Shown one piece after another: positions 12,001 to 24,000 of a stretch of DNA of 64,000 bases. The notes under the pieces are model-generated. The model did not search any database, was not told where the DNA came from, and saw only the letters and a list, made by a program, of their open reading frames with translations. The position numbers and the translations under genes are program-made. Origin of the DNA: Naegleria gruberi (lineage: Eukaryota); assembly GCA_000004985.1 (NCBI GenBank), contig GG738865.1. One strand, written 5' to 3'. Numbering within the stretch: position 1 is the stretch's first letter; the number at the start of each line of letters is the position of its first letter.

Positions 12001-15000
12001 NNNNNNNNNNNNNNNNNNNNNNNNNNNNNNNNNNNNNNNNNNNNNNNNNNNNNNNNNNNNNNNNNNNNNNNNNNNNNNNNNNNNNNNNNNNNNNNNNNNN
12101 NNNNNNNNNNNNNNNNNNNNNNNNNNNNNNNNNNNNNNNNNNNNNNNNNNNNNNNNNNNNNNNNNNNNNNNNNNNNNNNNNNNNNNNNNNNNNNNNNNNN
12201 NNNNNNNNNNNNNNNNNNNNNNNNNNNNNNNNNNNNNNNNNNNNNNNNNNNNNNNNNNNNNNNNNNNNNNNNNNNNNNNNNNNNNNNNNNNNNNNNNNNN
12301 NNNNNNNNNNNNNNNNNNNNNNNNNNNNNNNNNNNNNNNNNNNNNNNNNNNNNNNNNNNNNNNNNNNNNNNNNNNNNNNNNNNNNNNNNNNNNNNNNNNN
12401 NNNNNNNNNNNNNNNNNNNNNNNNNNNNNNNNNNNNNNNNNNNNNNNNNNNNNNNNNNNNNNNNNNNNNNNNNNNNNNNNNNNNNNNNNNNNNNNNNNNN
12501 NNNNNNNNNNNNNNNNNNNNNNNNNNNNNNNNNNNNNNNNNNNNNNNNNNNNNNNNNNNNNNNNNNNNNNNNNNNNNNNNNNNNNNNNNNNNNNNNNNNN
12601 NNNNNNNNNNNNNNNNNNNNNNNNNNNNNNNNNNNNNNNNNNNNNNNNNNNNNNNNNNNNNNNNNNNNNNNNNNNNNNNNNNNNNNNNNNNNNNNNNNNN
12701 NNNNNNNNNNNNNNNNNNNNNNNNNNNNNNNNNNNNNNNNNNNNNNNNNNNNNNNNNNNNNNNNNNNNNNNNNNNNNNNNNNNNNNNNNNNNNNNNNNNN
12801 NNNNNNNNNNNNNNNNNNNNNNNNNNNNNNNNNNNNNNNNNNNNNNNNNNNNNNNNNNNNNNNNNNNNNNNNNNNNNNNNNNNNNNNNNNNNNNNNNNNN
12901 NNNNNNNNNNNNNNNNNNNNNNNNNNNNNNNNNNNNNNNNNNNNNNNNNNNNNNNNNNNNNNNNNNNNNNNNNNNNNNNNNNNNNNNNNNNNNNNNNNNN
13001 NNNNNNNNNNNNNNNNNNNNNNNNNNNNNNNNNNNNNNNNNNNNNNNNNNNNNNNNNNNNNNNNNNNNNNNNNNNNNNNNNNNNNNNNNNNNNNNNNNNN
13101 NNNNNNNNNNNNNNNNNNNNNNNNNNNNNNNNNNNNNNNNNNNNNNNNNNNNNNNNNNNNNNNNNNNNNNNNNNNNNNNNNNNNNNNNNNNNNNNNNNNN
13201 NNNNNNNNNNNNNNNNNNNNNNNNNNNNNNNNNNNNNNNNNNNNNNNNNNNNNNNNNNNNNNNNNNNNNNNNNNNNNNNNNNNNNNNNNNNNNNNNNNNN
13301 NNNNNNNNNNNNNNNNNNNNNNNNNNNNNNNNNNNNNNNNNNNNNNNNNNNNNNNNNNNNNNNNNNNNNNNNNNNNNNNNNNNNNNNNNNNNNNNNNNNN
13401 NNNNNNNNNNNNNNNNNNNNNNNNNNNNNNNNNNNNNNNNNNNNNNNNNNNNNNNNNNNNNNNNNNNNNNNNNNNNNNNNNNNNNNNNNNNNNNNNNNNN
13501 NNNNNNNNNNNNNNNNNNNNNNNNNNNNNNNNNNNNNNNNNNNNNNNNNNNNNNNNNNNNNNNNNNNNNNNNNNNNNNNNNNNNNNNNNNNNNNNNNNNN
13601 NNNNNNNNNNNNNNNNNNNNNNNNNNNNNNNNNNNNNNNNNNNNNNNNNNNNNNNNNNNNNNNNNNNNNNNNNNNNNNNNNNNNNNNNNNNNNNNNNNNN
13701 NNNNNNNNNNNNNNNNNNNNNNNNNNNNNNNNNNNNNNNNNNNNNNNNNNNNNNNNNNNNNNNNNNNNNNNNNNNNNNNNNNNNNNNNNNNNNNNNNNNN
13801 NNNNNNNNNNNNNNNNNNNNNNNNNNNNNNNNNNNNNNNNNNNNNNNNNNNNNNNNNNNNNNNNNNNNNNNNNNNNNNNNNNNNNNNNNNNNNNNNNNNN
13901 NNNNNNNNNNNNNNNNNNNNNNNNNNNNNNNNNNNNNNNNNNNNNNNNNNNNNNNNNNNNNNNNNNNNNNNNNNNNNNNNNNNNNNNNNNNNNNNNNNNN
14001 NNNNNNNNNNNNNNNNNNNNNNNNNNNNNNNNNNNNNNNNNNNNNNNNNNNNNNNNNNNNNNNNNNNNNNNNNNNNNNNNNNNNNNNNNNNNNNNNNNNN
14101 NNNNNNNNNNNNNNNNNNNNNNNNNNNNNNNNNNNNNNNNNNNNNNNNNNNNNNNNNNNNNNNNNNNNNNNNNNNNNNNNNNNNNNNNNNNNNNNNNNNN
14201 NNNNNNNNNNNNNNNNNNNNNNNNNNNNNNNNNNNNNNNNNNNNNNNNNNNNNNNNNNNNNNNNNNNNNNNNNNNNNNNNNNNNNNNNNNNNNNNNNNNN
14301 NNNNNNNNNNNNNNNNNNNNNNNNNNNNNNNNNNNNNNNNNNNNNNNNNNNNNNNNNNNNNNNNNNNNNNNNNNNNNNNNNNNNNNNNNNNNNNNNNNNN
14401 NNNNNNNNNNNNNNNNNNNNNNNNNNNNNNNNNNNNNNNNNNNNNNNNNNNNNNNNNNNNNNNNNNNNNNNNNNNNNNNNNNNNNNNNNNNNNNNNNNNN
14501 NNNNNNNNNNNNNNNNNNNNNNNNNNNNNNNNNNNNNNNNNNNNNNNNNNNNNNNNNNNNNNNNNNNNNNNNNNNNNNNNNNNNNNNNNNNNNNNNNNNN
14601 NNNNNNNNNNNNNNNNNNNNNNNNNNNNNNNNNNNNNNNNNNNNNNNNNNNNNNNNNNNNNNNNNNNNNNNNNNNNNNNNNNNNNNNNNNNNNNNNNNNN
14701 NNNNNNNNNNNNNNNNNNNNNNNNNNNNNNNNNNNNNNNNNNNNNNNNNNNNNNNNNNNNNNNNNNNNNNNNNNNNNNNNNNNNNNNNNNNNNNNNNNNN
14801 NNNNNNNNNNNNNNNNNNNNNNNNNNNNNNNNNNNNNNNNNNNNNNNNNNNNNNNNNNNNNNNNNNNNNNNNNNNNNNNNNNNNNNNNNNNNNNNNNNNN
14901 NNNNNNNNNNNNNNNNNNNNNNNNNNNNNNNNNNNNNNNNNNNNNNNNNNNNNNNNNNNNNNNNNNNNNNNNNNNNNNNNNNNNNNNNNNNNNNNNNNNN

Positions 15001-18000
15001 NNNNNNNNNNNNNNNNNNNNNNNNNNNNNNNNNNNNNNNNNNNNNNNNNNNNNNNNNNNNNNNNNNNNNNNNNNNNNNNNNNNNNNNNNNNNNNNNNNNN
15101 NNNNNNNNNNNNNNNNNNNNNNNNNNNNNNNNNNNNNNNNNNNNNNNNNNNNNNNNNNNNNNNNNNNNNNNNNNNNNNNNNNNNNNNNNNNNNNNNNNNN
15201 NNNNNNNNNNNNNNNNNNNNNNNNNNNNNNNNNNNNNNNNNNNNNNNNNNNNNNNNNNNNNNNNNNNNNNNNNNNNNNNNNNNNNNNNNNNNNNNNNNNN
15301 NNNNNNNNNNNNNNNNNNNNNNNNNNNNNNNNNNNNNNNNNNNNNNNNNNNNNNNNNNNNNNNNNNNNNNNNNNNNNNNNNNNNNNNNNNNNNNNNNNNN
15401 NNNNNNNNNNNNNNNNNNNNNNNNNNNNNNNNNNNNNNNNNNNNNNNNNNNNNNNNNNNNNNNNNNNNNNNNNNNNNNNNNNNNNNNNNNNNNNNNNNNN
15501 NNNNNNNNNNNNNNNNNNNNNNNNNNNNNNNNNNNNNNNNNNNNNNNNNNNNNNNNNNNNNNNNNNNNNNNNNNNNNNNNNNNNNNNNNNNNNNNNNNNN
15601 NNNNNNNNNNNNNNNNNNNNNNNNNNNNNNNNNNNNNNNNNNNNNNNNNNNNNNNNNNNNNNNNNNNNNNNNNNNNNNNNNNNNNNNNNNNNNNNNNNNN
15701 NNNNNNNNNNNNNNNNNNNNNNNNNNNNNNNNNNNNNNNNNNNNNNNNNNNNNNNNNNNNNNNNNNNNNNNNNNNNNNNNNNNNNNNNNNNNNNNNNNNN
15801 NNNNNNNNNNNNNNNNNNNNNNNNNNNNNNNNNNNNNNNNNNNNNNNNNNNNNNNNNNNNNNNNNNNNNNNNNNNNNNNNNNNNNNNNNNNNNNNNNNNN
15901 NNNNNNNNNNNNNNNNNNNNNNNNNNNNNNNNNNNNNNNNNNNNNNNNNNNNNNNNNNNNNNNNNNNNNNNNNNNNNNNNNNNNNNNNNNNNNNNNNNNN
16001 NNNNNNNNNNNNNNNNNNNNNNNNNNNNNNNNNNNNNNNNNNNNNNNNNNNNNNNNNNNNNNNNNNNNNNNNNNNNNNNNNNNNNNNNNNNNNNNNNNNN
16101 NNNNNNNNNNNNNNNNNNNNNNNNNNNNNNNNNNNNNNNNNNNNNNNNNNNNNNNNNNNNNNNNNNNNNNNNNNNNNNNNNNNNNNNNNNNNNNNNNNNN
16201 NNNNNNNNNNNNNNNNNNNNNNNNNNNNNNNNNNNNNNNNNNNNNNNNNNNNNNNNNNNNNNNNNNNNNNNNNNNNNNNNNNNNNNNNNNNNNNNNNNNN
16301 NNNNNNNNNNNNNNNNNNNNNNNNNNNNNNNNNNNNNNNNNNNNNNNNNNNNNNNNNNNNNNNNNNNNNNNNNNNNNNNNNNNNNNNNNNNNNNNNNNNN
16401 NNNNNNNNNNNNNNNNNNNNNNNNNNNNNNNNNNNNNNNNNNNNNNNNNNNNNNNNNNNNNNNNNNNNNNNNNNNNNNNNNNNNNNNNNNNNNNNNNNNN
16501 NNNNNNNNNNNNNNNNNNNNNNNNNNNNNNNNNNNNNNNNNNNNNNNNNNNNNNNNNNNNNNNNNNNNNNNNNNNNNNNNNNNNNNNNNNNNNNNNNNNN
16601 NNNNNNNNNNNNNNNNNNNNNNNNNNNNNNNNNNNNNNNNNNNNNNNNNNNNNNNNNNNNNNNNNNNNNNNNNNNNNNNNNNNNNNNNNNNNNNNNNNNN
16701 NNNNNNNNNNNNNNNNNNNNNNNNNNNNNNNNNNNNNNNNNNNNNNNNNNNNNNNNNNNNNNNNNNNNNNNNNNNNNNNNNNNNNNNNNNNNNNNNNNNN
16801 NNNNNNNNNNNNNNNNNNNNNNNNNNNNNNNNNNNNNNNNNNNNNNNNNNNNNNNNNNNNNNNNNNNNNNNNNNNNNNNNNNNNNNNNNNNNNNNNNNNN
16901 NNNNNNNNNNNNNNNNNNNNNNNNNNNNNNNNNNNNNNNNNNNNNNNNNNNNNNNNNNNNNNNNNNNNNNNNNNNNNNNNNNNNNNNNNNNNNNNNNNNN
17001 NNNNNNNNNNNNNNNNNNNNNNNNNNNNNNNNNNNNNNNNNNNNNNNNNNNNNNNNNNNNNNNNNNNNNNNNNNNNNNNNNNNNNNNNNNNNNNNNNNNN
17101 NNNNNNNNNNNNNNNNNNNNNNNNNNNNNNNNNNNNNNNNNNNNNNNNNNNNNNNNNNNNNNNNNNNNNNNNNNNNNNNNNNNNNNNNNNNNNNNNNNNN
17201 NNNNNNNNNNNNNNNNNNNNNNNNNNNNNNNNNNNNNNNNNNNNNNNNNNNNNNNNNNNNNNNNNNNNNNNNNNNNNNNNNNNNNNNNNNNNNNNNNNNN
17301 NNNNNNNNNNNNNNNNNNNNNNNNNNNNNNNNNNNNNNNNNNNNNNNNNNNNNNNNNNNNNNNNNNNNNNNNNNNNNNNNNNNNNNNNNNNNNNNNNNNN
17401 NNNNNNNNNNNNNNNNNNNNNNNNNNNNNNNNNNNNNNNNNNNNNNNNNNNNNNNNNNNNNNNNNNNNNNNNNNNNNNNNNNNNNNNNNNNNNNNNNNNN
17501 NNNNNNNNNNNNNNNNNNNNNNNNNNNNNNNNNNNNNNNNNNNNNNNNNNNNNNNNNNNNNNNNNNNNNNNNNNNNNNNNNNNNNNNNNNNNNNNNNNNN
17601 NNNNNNNNNNNNNNNNNNNNNNNNNNNNNNNNNNNNNNNNNNNNNNNNNNNNNNNNNNNNNNNNNNNNNNNNNNNNNNNNNNNNNNNNNNNNNNNNNNNN
17701 NNNNNNNNNNNNNNNNNNNNNNNNNNNNNNNNNNNNNNNNNNNNNNNNNNNNNNNNNNNNNNNNNNNNNNNNNNNNNNNNNNNNNNNNNNNNNNNNNNNN
17801 NNNNNNNNNNNNNNNNNNNNNNNNNNNNNNNNNNNNNNNNNNNNNNNNNNNNNNNNNNNNNNNNNNNNNNNNNNNNNNNNNNNNNNNNNNNNNNNNNNNN
17901 NNNNNNNNNNNNNNNNNNNNNNNNNNNNNNNNNNNNNNNNNNNNNNNNNNNNNNNNNNNNNNNNNNNNNNNNNNNNNNNNNNNNNNNNNNNNNNNNNNNN

Positions 18001-21000
18001 NNNNNNNNNNNNNNNNNNNNNNNNNNNNNNNNNNNNNNNNNNNNNNNNNNNNNNNNNNNNNNNNNNNNNNNNNNNNNNNNNNNNNNNNNNNNNNNNNNNN
18101 NNNNNNNNNNNNNNNNNNNNNNNNNNNNNNNNNNNNNNNNNNNNNNNNNNNNNNNNNNNNNNNNNNNNNNNNNNNNNNNNNNNNNNNNNNNNNNNNNNNN
18201 NNNNNNNNNNNNNNNNNNNNNNNNNNNNNNNNNNNNNNNNNNNNNNNNNNNNNNNNNNNNNNNNNNNNNNNNNNNNNNNNNNNNNNNNNNNNNNNNNNNN
18301 NNNNNNNNNNNNNNNNNNNNNNNNNNNNNNNNNNNNNNNNNNNNNNNNNNNNNNNNNNNNNNNNNNNNNNNNNNNNNNNNNNNNNNNNNNNNNNNNNNNN
18401 NNNNNNNNNNNNNNNNNNNNNNNNNNNNNNNNNNNNNNNNNNNNNNNNNNNNNNNNNNNNNNNNNNNNNNNNNNNNNNNNNNNNNNNNNNNNNNNNNNNN
18501 NNNNNNNNNNNNNNNNNNNNNNNNNNNNNNNNNNNNNNNNNNNNNNNNNNNNNNNNNNNNNNNNNNNNNNNNNNNNNNNNNNNNNNNNNNNNNNNNNNNN
18601 NNNNNNNNNNNNNNNNNNNNNNNNNNNNNNNNNNNNNNNNNNNNNNNNNNNNNNNNNNNNNNNNNNNNNNNNNNNNNNNNNNNNNNNNNNNNNNNNNNNN
18701 NNNNNNNNNNNNNNNNNNNNNNNNNNNNNNNNNNNNNNNNNNNNNNNNNNNNNNNNNNNNNNNNNNNNNNNNNNNNNNNNNNNNNNNNNNNNNNNNNNNN
18801 NNNNNNNNNNNNNNNNNNNNNNNNNNNNNNNNNNNNNNNNNNNNNNNNNNNNNNNNNNNNNNNNNNNNNNNNNNNNNNNNNNNNNNNNNNNNNNNNNNNN
18901 NNNNNNNNNNNNNNNNNNNNNNNNNNNNNNNNNNNNNNNNNNNNNNNNNNNNNNNNNNNNNNNNNNNNNNNNNNNNNNNNNNNNNNNNNNNNNNNNNNNN
19001 NNNNNNNNNNNNNNNNNNNNNNNNNNNNNNNNNNNNNNNNNNNNNNNNNNNNNNNNNNNNNNNNNNNNNNNNNNNNNNNNNNNNNNNNNNNNNNNNNNNN
19101 NNNNNNNNNNNNNNNNNNNNNNNNNNNNNNNNNNNNNNNNNNNNNNNNNNNNNNNNNNNNNNNNNNNNNNNNNNNNNNNNNNNNNNNNNNNNNNNNNNNN
19201 NNNNNNNNNNNNNNNNNNNNNNNNNNNNNNNNNNNNNNNNNNNNNNNNNNNNNNNNNNNNNNNNNNNNNNNNNNNNNNNNNNNNNNNNNNNNNNNNNNNN
19301 NNNNNNNNNNNNNNNNNNNNNNNNNNNNNNNNNNNNNNNNNNNNNNNNNNNNNNNNNNNNNNNNNNNNNNNNNNNNNNNNNNNNNNNNNNNNNNNNNNNN
19401 NNNNNNNNNNNNNNNNNNNNNNNNNNNNNNNNNNNNNNNNNNNNNNNNNNNNNNNNNNNNNNNNNNNNNNNNNNNNNNNNNNNNNNNNNNNNNNNNNNNN
19501 NNNNNNNNNNNNNNNNNNNNNNNNNNNNNNNNNNNNNNNNNNNNNNNNNNNNNNNNNNNNNNNNNNNNNNNNNNNNNNNNNNNNNNNNNNNNNNNNNNNN
19601 NNNNNNNNNNNNNNNNNNNNNNNNNNNNNNNNNNNNNNNNNNNNNNNNNNNNNNNNNNNNNNNNNNNNNNNNNNNNNNNNNNNNNNNNNNNNNNNNNNNN
19701 NNNNNNNNNNNNNNNNNNNNNNNNNNNNNNNNNNNNNNNNNNNNNNNNNNNNNNNNNNNNNNNNNNNNNNNNNNNNNNNNNNNNNNNNNNNNNNNNNNNN
19801 NNNNNNNNNNNNNNNNNNNNNNNNNNNNNNNNNNNNNNNNNNNNNNNNNNNNNNNNNNNNNNNNNNNNNNNNNNNNNNNNNNNNNNNNNNNNNNNNNNNN
19901 NNNNNNNNNNNNNNNNNNNNNNNNNNNNNNNNNNNNNNNNNNNNNNNNNNNNNNNNNNNNNNNNNNNNNNNNNNNNNNNNNNNNNNNNNNNNNNNNNNNN
20001 NNNNNNNNNNNNNNNNNNNNNNNNNNNNNNNNNNNNNNNNNNNNNNNNNNNNNNNNNNNNNNNNNNNNNNNNNNNNNNNNNNNNNNNNNNNNNNNNNNNN
20101 NNNNNNNNNNNNNNNNNNNNNNNNNNNNNNNNNNNNNNNNNNNNNNNNNNNNNNNNNNNNNNNNNNNNNNNNNNNNNNNNNNNNNNNNNNNNNNNNNNNN
20201 NNNNNNNNNNNNNNNNNNNNNNNNNNNNNNNNNNNNNNNNNNNNNNNNNNNNNNNNNNNNNNNNNNNNNNNNNNNNNNNNNNNNNNNNNNNNNNNNNNNN
20301 NNNNNNNNNNNNNNNNNNNNNNNNNNNNNNNNNNNNNNNNNNNNNNNNNNNNNNNNNNNNNNNNNNNNNNNNNNNNNNNNNNNNNNNNNNNNNNNNNNNN
20401 NNNNNNNNNNNNNNNNNNNNNNNNNNNNNNNNNNNNNNNNNNNNNNNNNNNNNNNNNNNNNNNNNNNNNNNNNNNNNNNNNNNNNNNNNNNNNNNNNNNN
20501 NNNNNNNNNNNNNNNNNNNNNNNNNNNNNNNNNNNNNNNNNNNNNNNNNNNNNNNNNNNNNNNNNNNNNNNNNNNNNNNNNNNNNNNNNNNNNNNNNNNN
20601 NNNNNNNNNNNNNNNNNNNNNNNNNNNNNNNNNNNNNNNNNNNNNNNNNNNNNNNNNNNNNNNNNNNNNNNNNNNNNNNNNNNNNNNNNNNNNNNNNNNN
20701 NNNNNNNNNNNNNNNNNNNNNNNNNNNNNNNNNNNNNNNNNNNNNNNNNNNNNNNNNNNNNNNNNNNNNNNNNNNNNNNNNNNNNNNNNNNNNNNNNNNN
20801 NNNNNNNNNNNNNNNNNNNNNNNNNNNNNNNNNNNNNNNNNNNNNNNNNNNNNNNNNNNNNNNNNNNNNNNNNNNNNNNNNNNNNNNNNNNNNNNNNNNN
20901 NNNNNNNNNNNNNNNNNNNNNNNNNNNNNNNNNNNNNNNNNNNNNNNNNNNNNNNNNNNNNNNNNNNNNNNNNNNNNNNNNNNNNNNNNNNNNNNNNNNN

Positions 21001-24000
21001 NNNNNNNNNNNNNNNNNNNNNNNNNNNNNNNNNNNNNNNNNNNNNNNNNNNNNNNNNNNNNNNNNNNNNNNNNNNNNNNNNNNNNNNNNNNNNNNNNNNN
21101 NNNNNNNNNNNNNNNNNNNNNNNNNNNNNNNNNNNNNNNNNNNNNNNNNNNNNNNNNNNNNNNNNNNNNNNNNNNNNNNNNNNNNNNNNNNNNNNNNNNN
21201 NNNNNNNNNNNNNNNNNNNNNNNNNNNNNNNNNNNNNNNNNNNNNNNNNNNNNNNNNNNNNNNNNNNNNNNNNNNNNNNNNNNNNNNNNNNNNNNNNNNN
21301 NNNNNNNNNNNNNNNNNNNNNNNNNNNNNNNNNNNNNNNNNNNNNNNNNNNNNNNNNNNNNNNNNNNNNNNNNNNNNNNNNNNNNNNNNNNNNNNNNNNN
21401 NNNNNNNNNNNNNNNNNNNNNNNNNNNNNNNNNNNNNNNNNNNNNNNNNNNNNNNNNNNNNNNNNNNNNNNNNNNNNNNNNNNNNNNNNNNNNNNNNNNN
21501 NNNNNNNNNNNNNNNNNNNNNNNNNNNNNNNNNNNNNNNNNNNNNNNNNNNNNNNNNNNNNNNNNNNNNNNNNNNNNNNNNNNNNNNNNNNNNNNNNNNN
21601 NNNNNNNNNNNNNNNNNNNNNNNNNNNNNNNNNNNNNNNNNNNNNNNNNNNNNNNNNNNNNNNNNNNNNNNNNNNNNNNNNNNNNNNNNNNNNNNNNNNN
21701 NNNNNNNNNNNNNNNNNNNNNNNNNNNNNNNNNNNNNNNNNNNNNNNNNNNNNNNNNNNNNNNNNNNNNNNNNNNNNNNNNNNNNNNNNNNNNNNNNNNN
21801 NNNNNNNNNNNNNNNNNNNNNNNNNNNNNNNNNNNNNNNNNNNNNNNNNNNNNNNNNNNNNNNNNNNNNNNNNNNNNNNNNNNNNNNNNNNNNNNNNNNN
21901 NNNNNNNNNNNNNNNNNNNNNNNNNNNNNNNNNNNNNNNNNNNNNNNNNNNNNNNNNNNNNNNNNNNNNNNNNNNNNNNNNNNNNNNNNNNNNNNNNNNN
22001 NNNNNNNNNNNNNNNNNNNNNNNNNNNNNNNNNNNNNNNNNNNNNNNNNNNNNNNNNNNNNNNNNNNNNNNNNNNNNNNNNNNNNNNNNNNNNNNNNNNN
22101 NNNNNNNNNNNNNNNNNNNNNNNNNNNNNNNNNNNNNNNNNNNNNNNNNNNNNNNNNNNNNNNNNNNNNNNNNNNNNNNNNNNNNNNNNNNNNNNNNNNN
22201 NNNNNNNNNNNNNNNNNNNNNNNNNNNNNNNNNNNNNNNNNNNNNNNNNNNNNNNNNNNNNNNNNNNNNNNNNNNNNNNNNNNNNNNNNNNNNNNNNNNN
22301 NNNNNNNNNNNNNNNNNNNNNNNNNNNNNNNNNNNNNNNNNNNNNNNNNNNNNNNNNNNNNNNNNNNNNNNNNNNNNNNNNNNNNNNNNNNNNNNNNNNN
22401 NNNNNNNNNNNNNNNNNNNNNNNNNNNNNNNNNNNNNNNNNNNNNNNNNNNNNNNNNNNNNNNNNNNNNNNNNNNNNNNNNNNNNNNNNNNNNNNNNNNN
22501 NNNNNNNNNNNNNNNNNNNNNNNNNNNNNNNNNNNNNNNNNNNNNNNNNNNNNNNNNNNNNNNNNNNNNNNNNNNNNNNNNNNNNNNNNNNNNNNNNNNN
22601 NNNNNNNNNNNNNNNNNNNNNNNNNNNNNNNNNNNNNNNNNNNNNNNNNNNNNNNNNNNNNNNNNNNNNNNNNNNNNNNNNNNNNNNNNNNNNNNNNNNN
22701 NNNNNNNNNNNNNNNNNNNNNNNNNNNNNNNNNNNNNNNNNNNNNNNNNNNNNNNNNNNNNNNNNNNNNNNNNNNNNNNNNNNNNNNNNNNNNNNNNNNN
22801 NNNNNNNNNNNNNNNNNNNNNNNNNNNNNNNNNNNNNNNNNNNNNNNNNNNNNNNNNNNNNNNNNNNNNNNNNNNNNNNNNNNNNNNNNNNNNNNNNNNN
22901 NNNNNNNNNNNNNNNNNNNNNNNNNNNNNNNNNNNNNNNNNNNNNNNNNNNNNNNNNNNNNNNNNNNNNNNNNNNNNNNNNNNNNNNNNNNNNNNNNNNN
23001 NNNNNNNNNNNNNNNNNNNNNNNNNNNNNNNNNNNNNNNNNNNNNNNNNNNNNNNNNNNNNNNNNNNNNNNNNNNNNNNNNNNNNNNNNNNNNNNNNNNN
23101 NNNNNNNNNNNNNNNNNNNNNNNNNNNNNNNNNNNNNNNNNNNNNNNNNNNNNNNNNNNNNNNNNNNNNNNNNNNNNNNNNNNNNNNNNNNNNNNNNNNN
23201 NNNNNNNNNNNNNNNNNNNNNNNNNNNNNNNNNNNNNNNNNNNNNNNNNNNNNNNNNNNNNNNNNNNNNNNNNNNNNNNNNNNNNNNNNNNNNNNNNNNN
23301 NNNNNNNNNNNNNNNNNNNNNNNNNNNNNNNNNNNNNNNNNNNNNNNNNNNNNNNNNNNNNNNNNNNNNNNNNNNNNNNNNNNNNNNNNNNNNNNNNNNN
23401 NNNNNNNNNNNNNNNNNNNNNNNNNNNNNNNNNNNNNNNNNNNNNNNNNNNNNNNNNNNNNNNNNNNNNNNNNNNNNNNNNNNNNNNNNNNNNNNNNNNN
23501 NNNNNNNNNNNNNNNNNNNNNNNNNNNNNNNNNNNNNNNNNNNNNNNNNNNNNNNNNNNNNNNNNNNNNNNNNNNNNNNNNNNNNNNNNNNNNNNNNNNN
23601 NNNNNNNNNNNNNNNNNNNNNNNNNNNNNNNNNNNNNNNNNNNNNNNNNNNNNNNNNNNNNNNNNNNNNNNNNNNNNNNNNNNNNNNNNNNNNNNNNNNN
23701 NNNNNNNNNNNNNNNNNNNNNNNNNNNNNNNNNNNNNNNNNNNNNNNNNNNNNNNNNNNNNNNNNNNNNNNNNNNNNNNNNNNNNNNNNNNNNNNNNNNN
23801 NNNNNNNNNNNNNNNNNNNNNNNNNNNNNNNNNNNNNNNNNNNNNNNNNNNNNNNNNNNNNNNNNNNNNNNNNNNNNNNNNNNNNNNNNNNNNNNNNNNN
23901 NNNNNNNNNNNNNNNNNNNNNNNNNNNNNNNNNNNNNNNNNNNNNNNNNNNNNNNNNNNNNNNNNNNNNNNNNNNNNNNNNNNNNNNNNNNNNNNNNNNN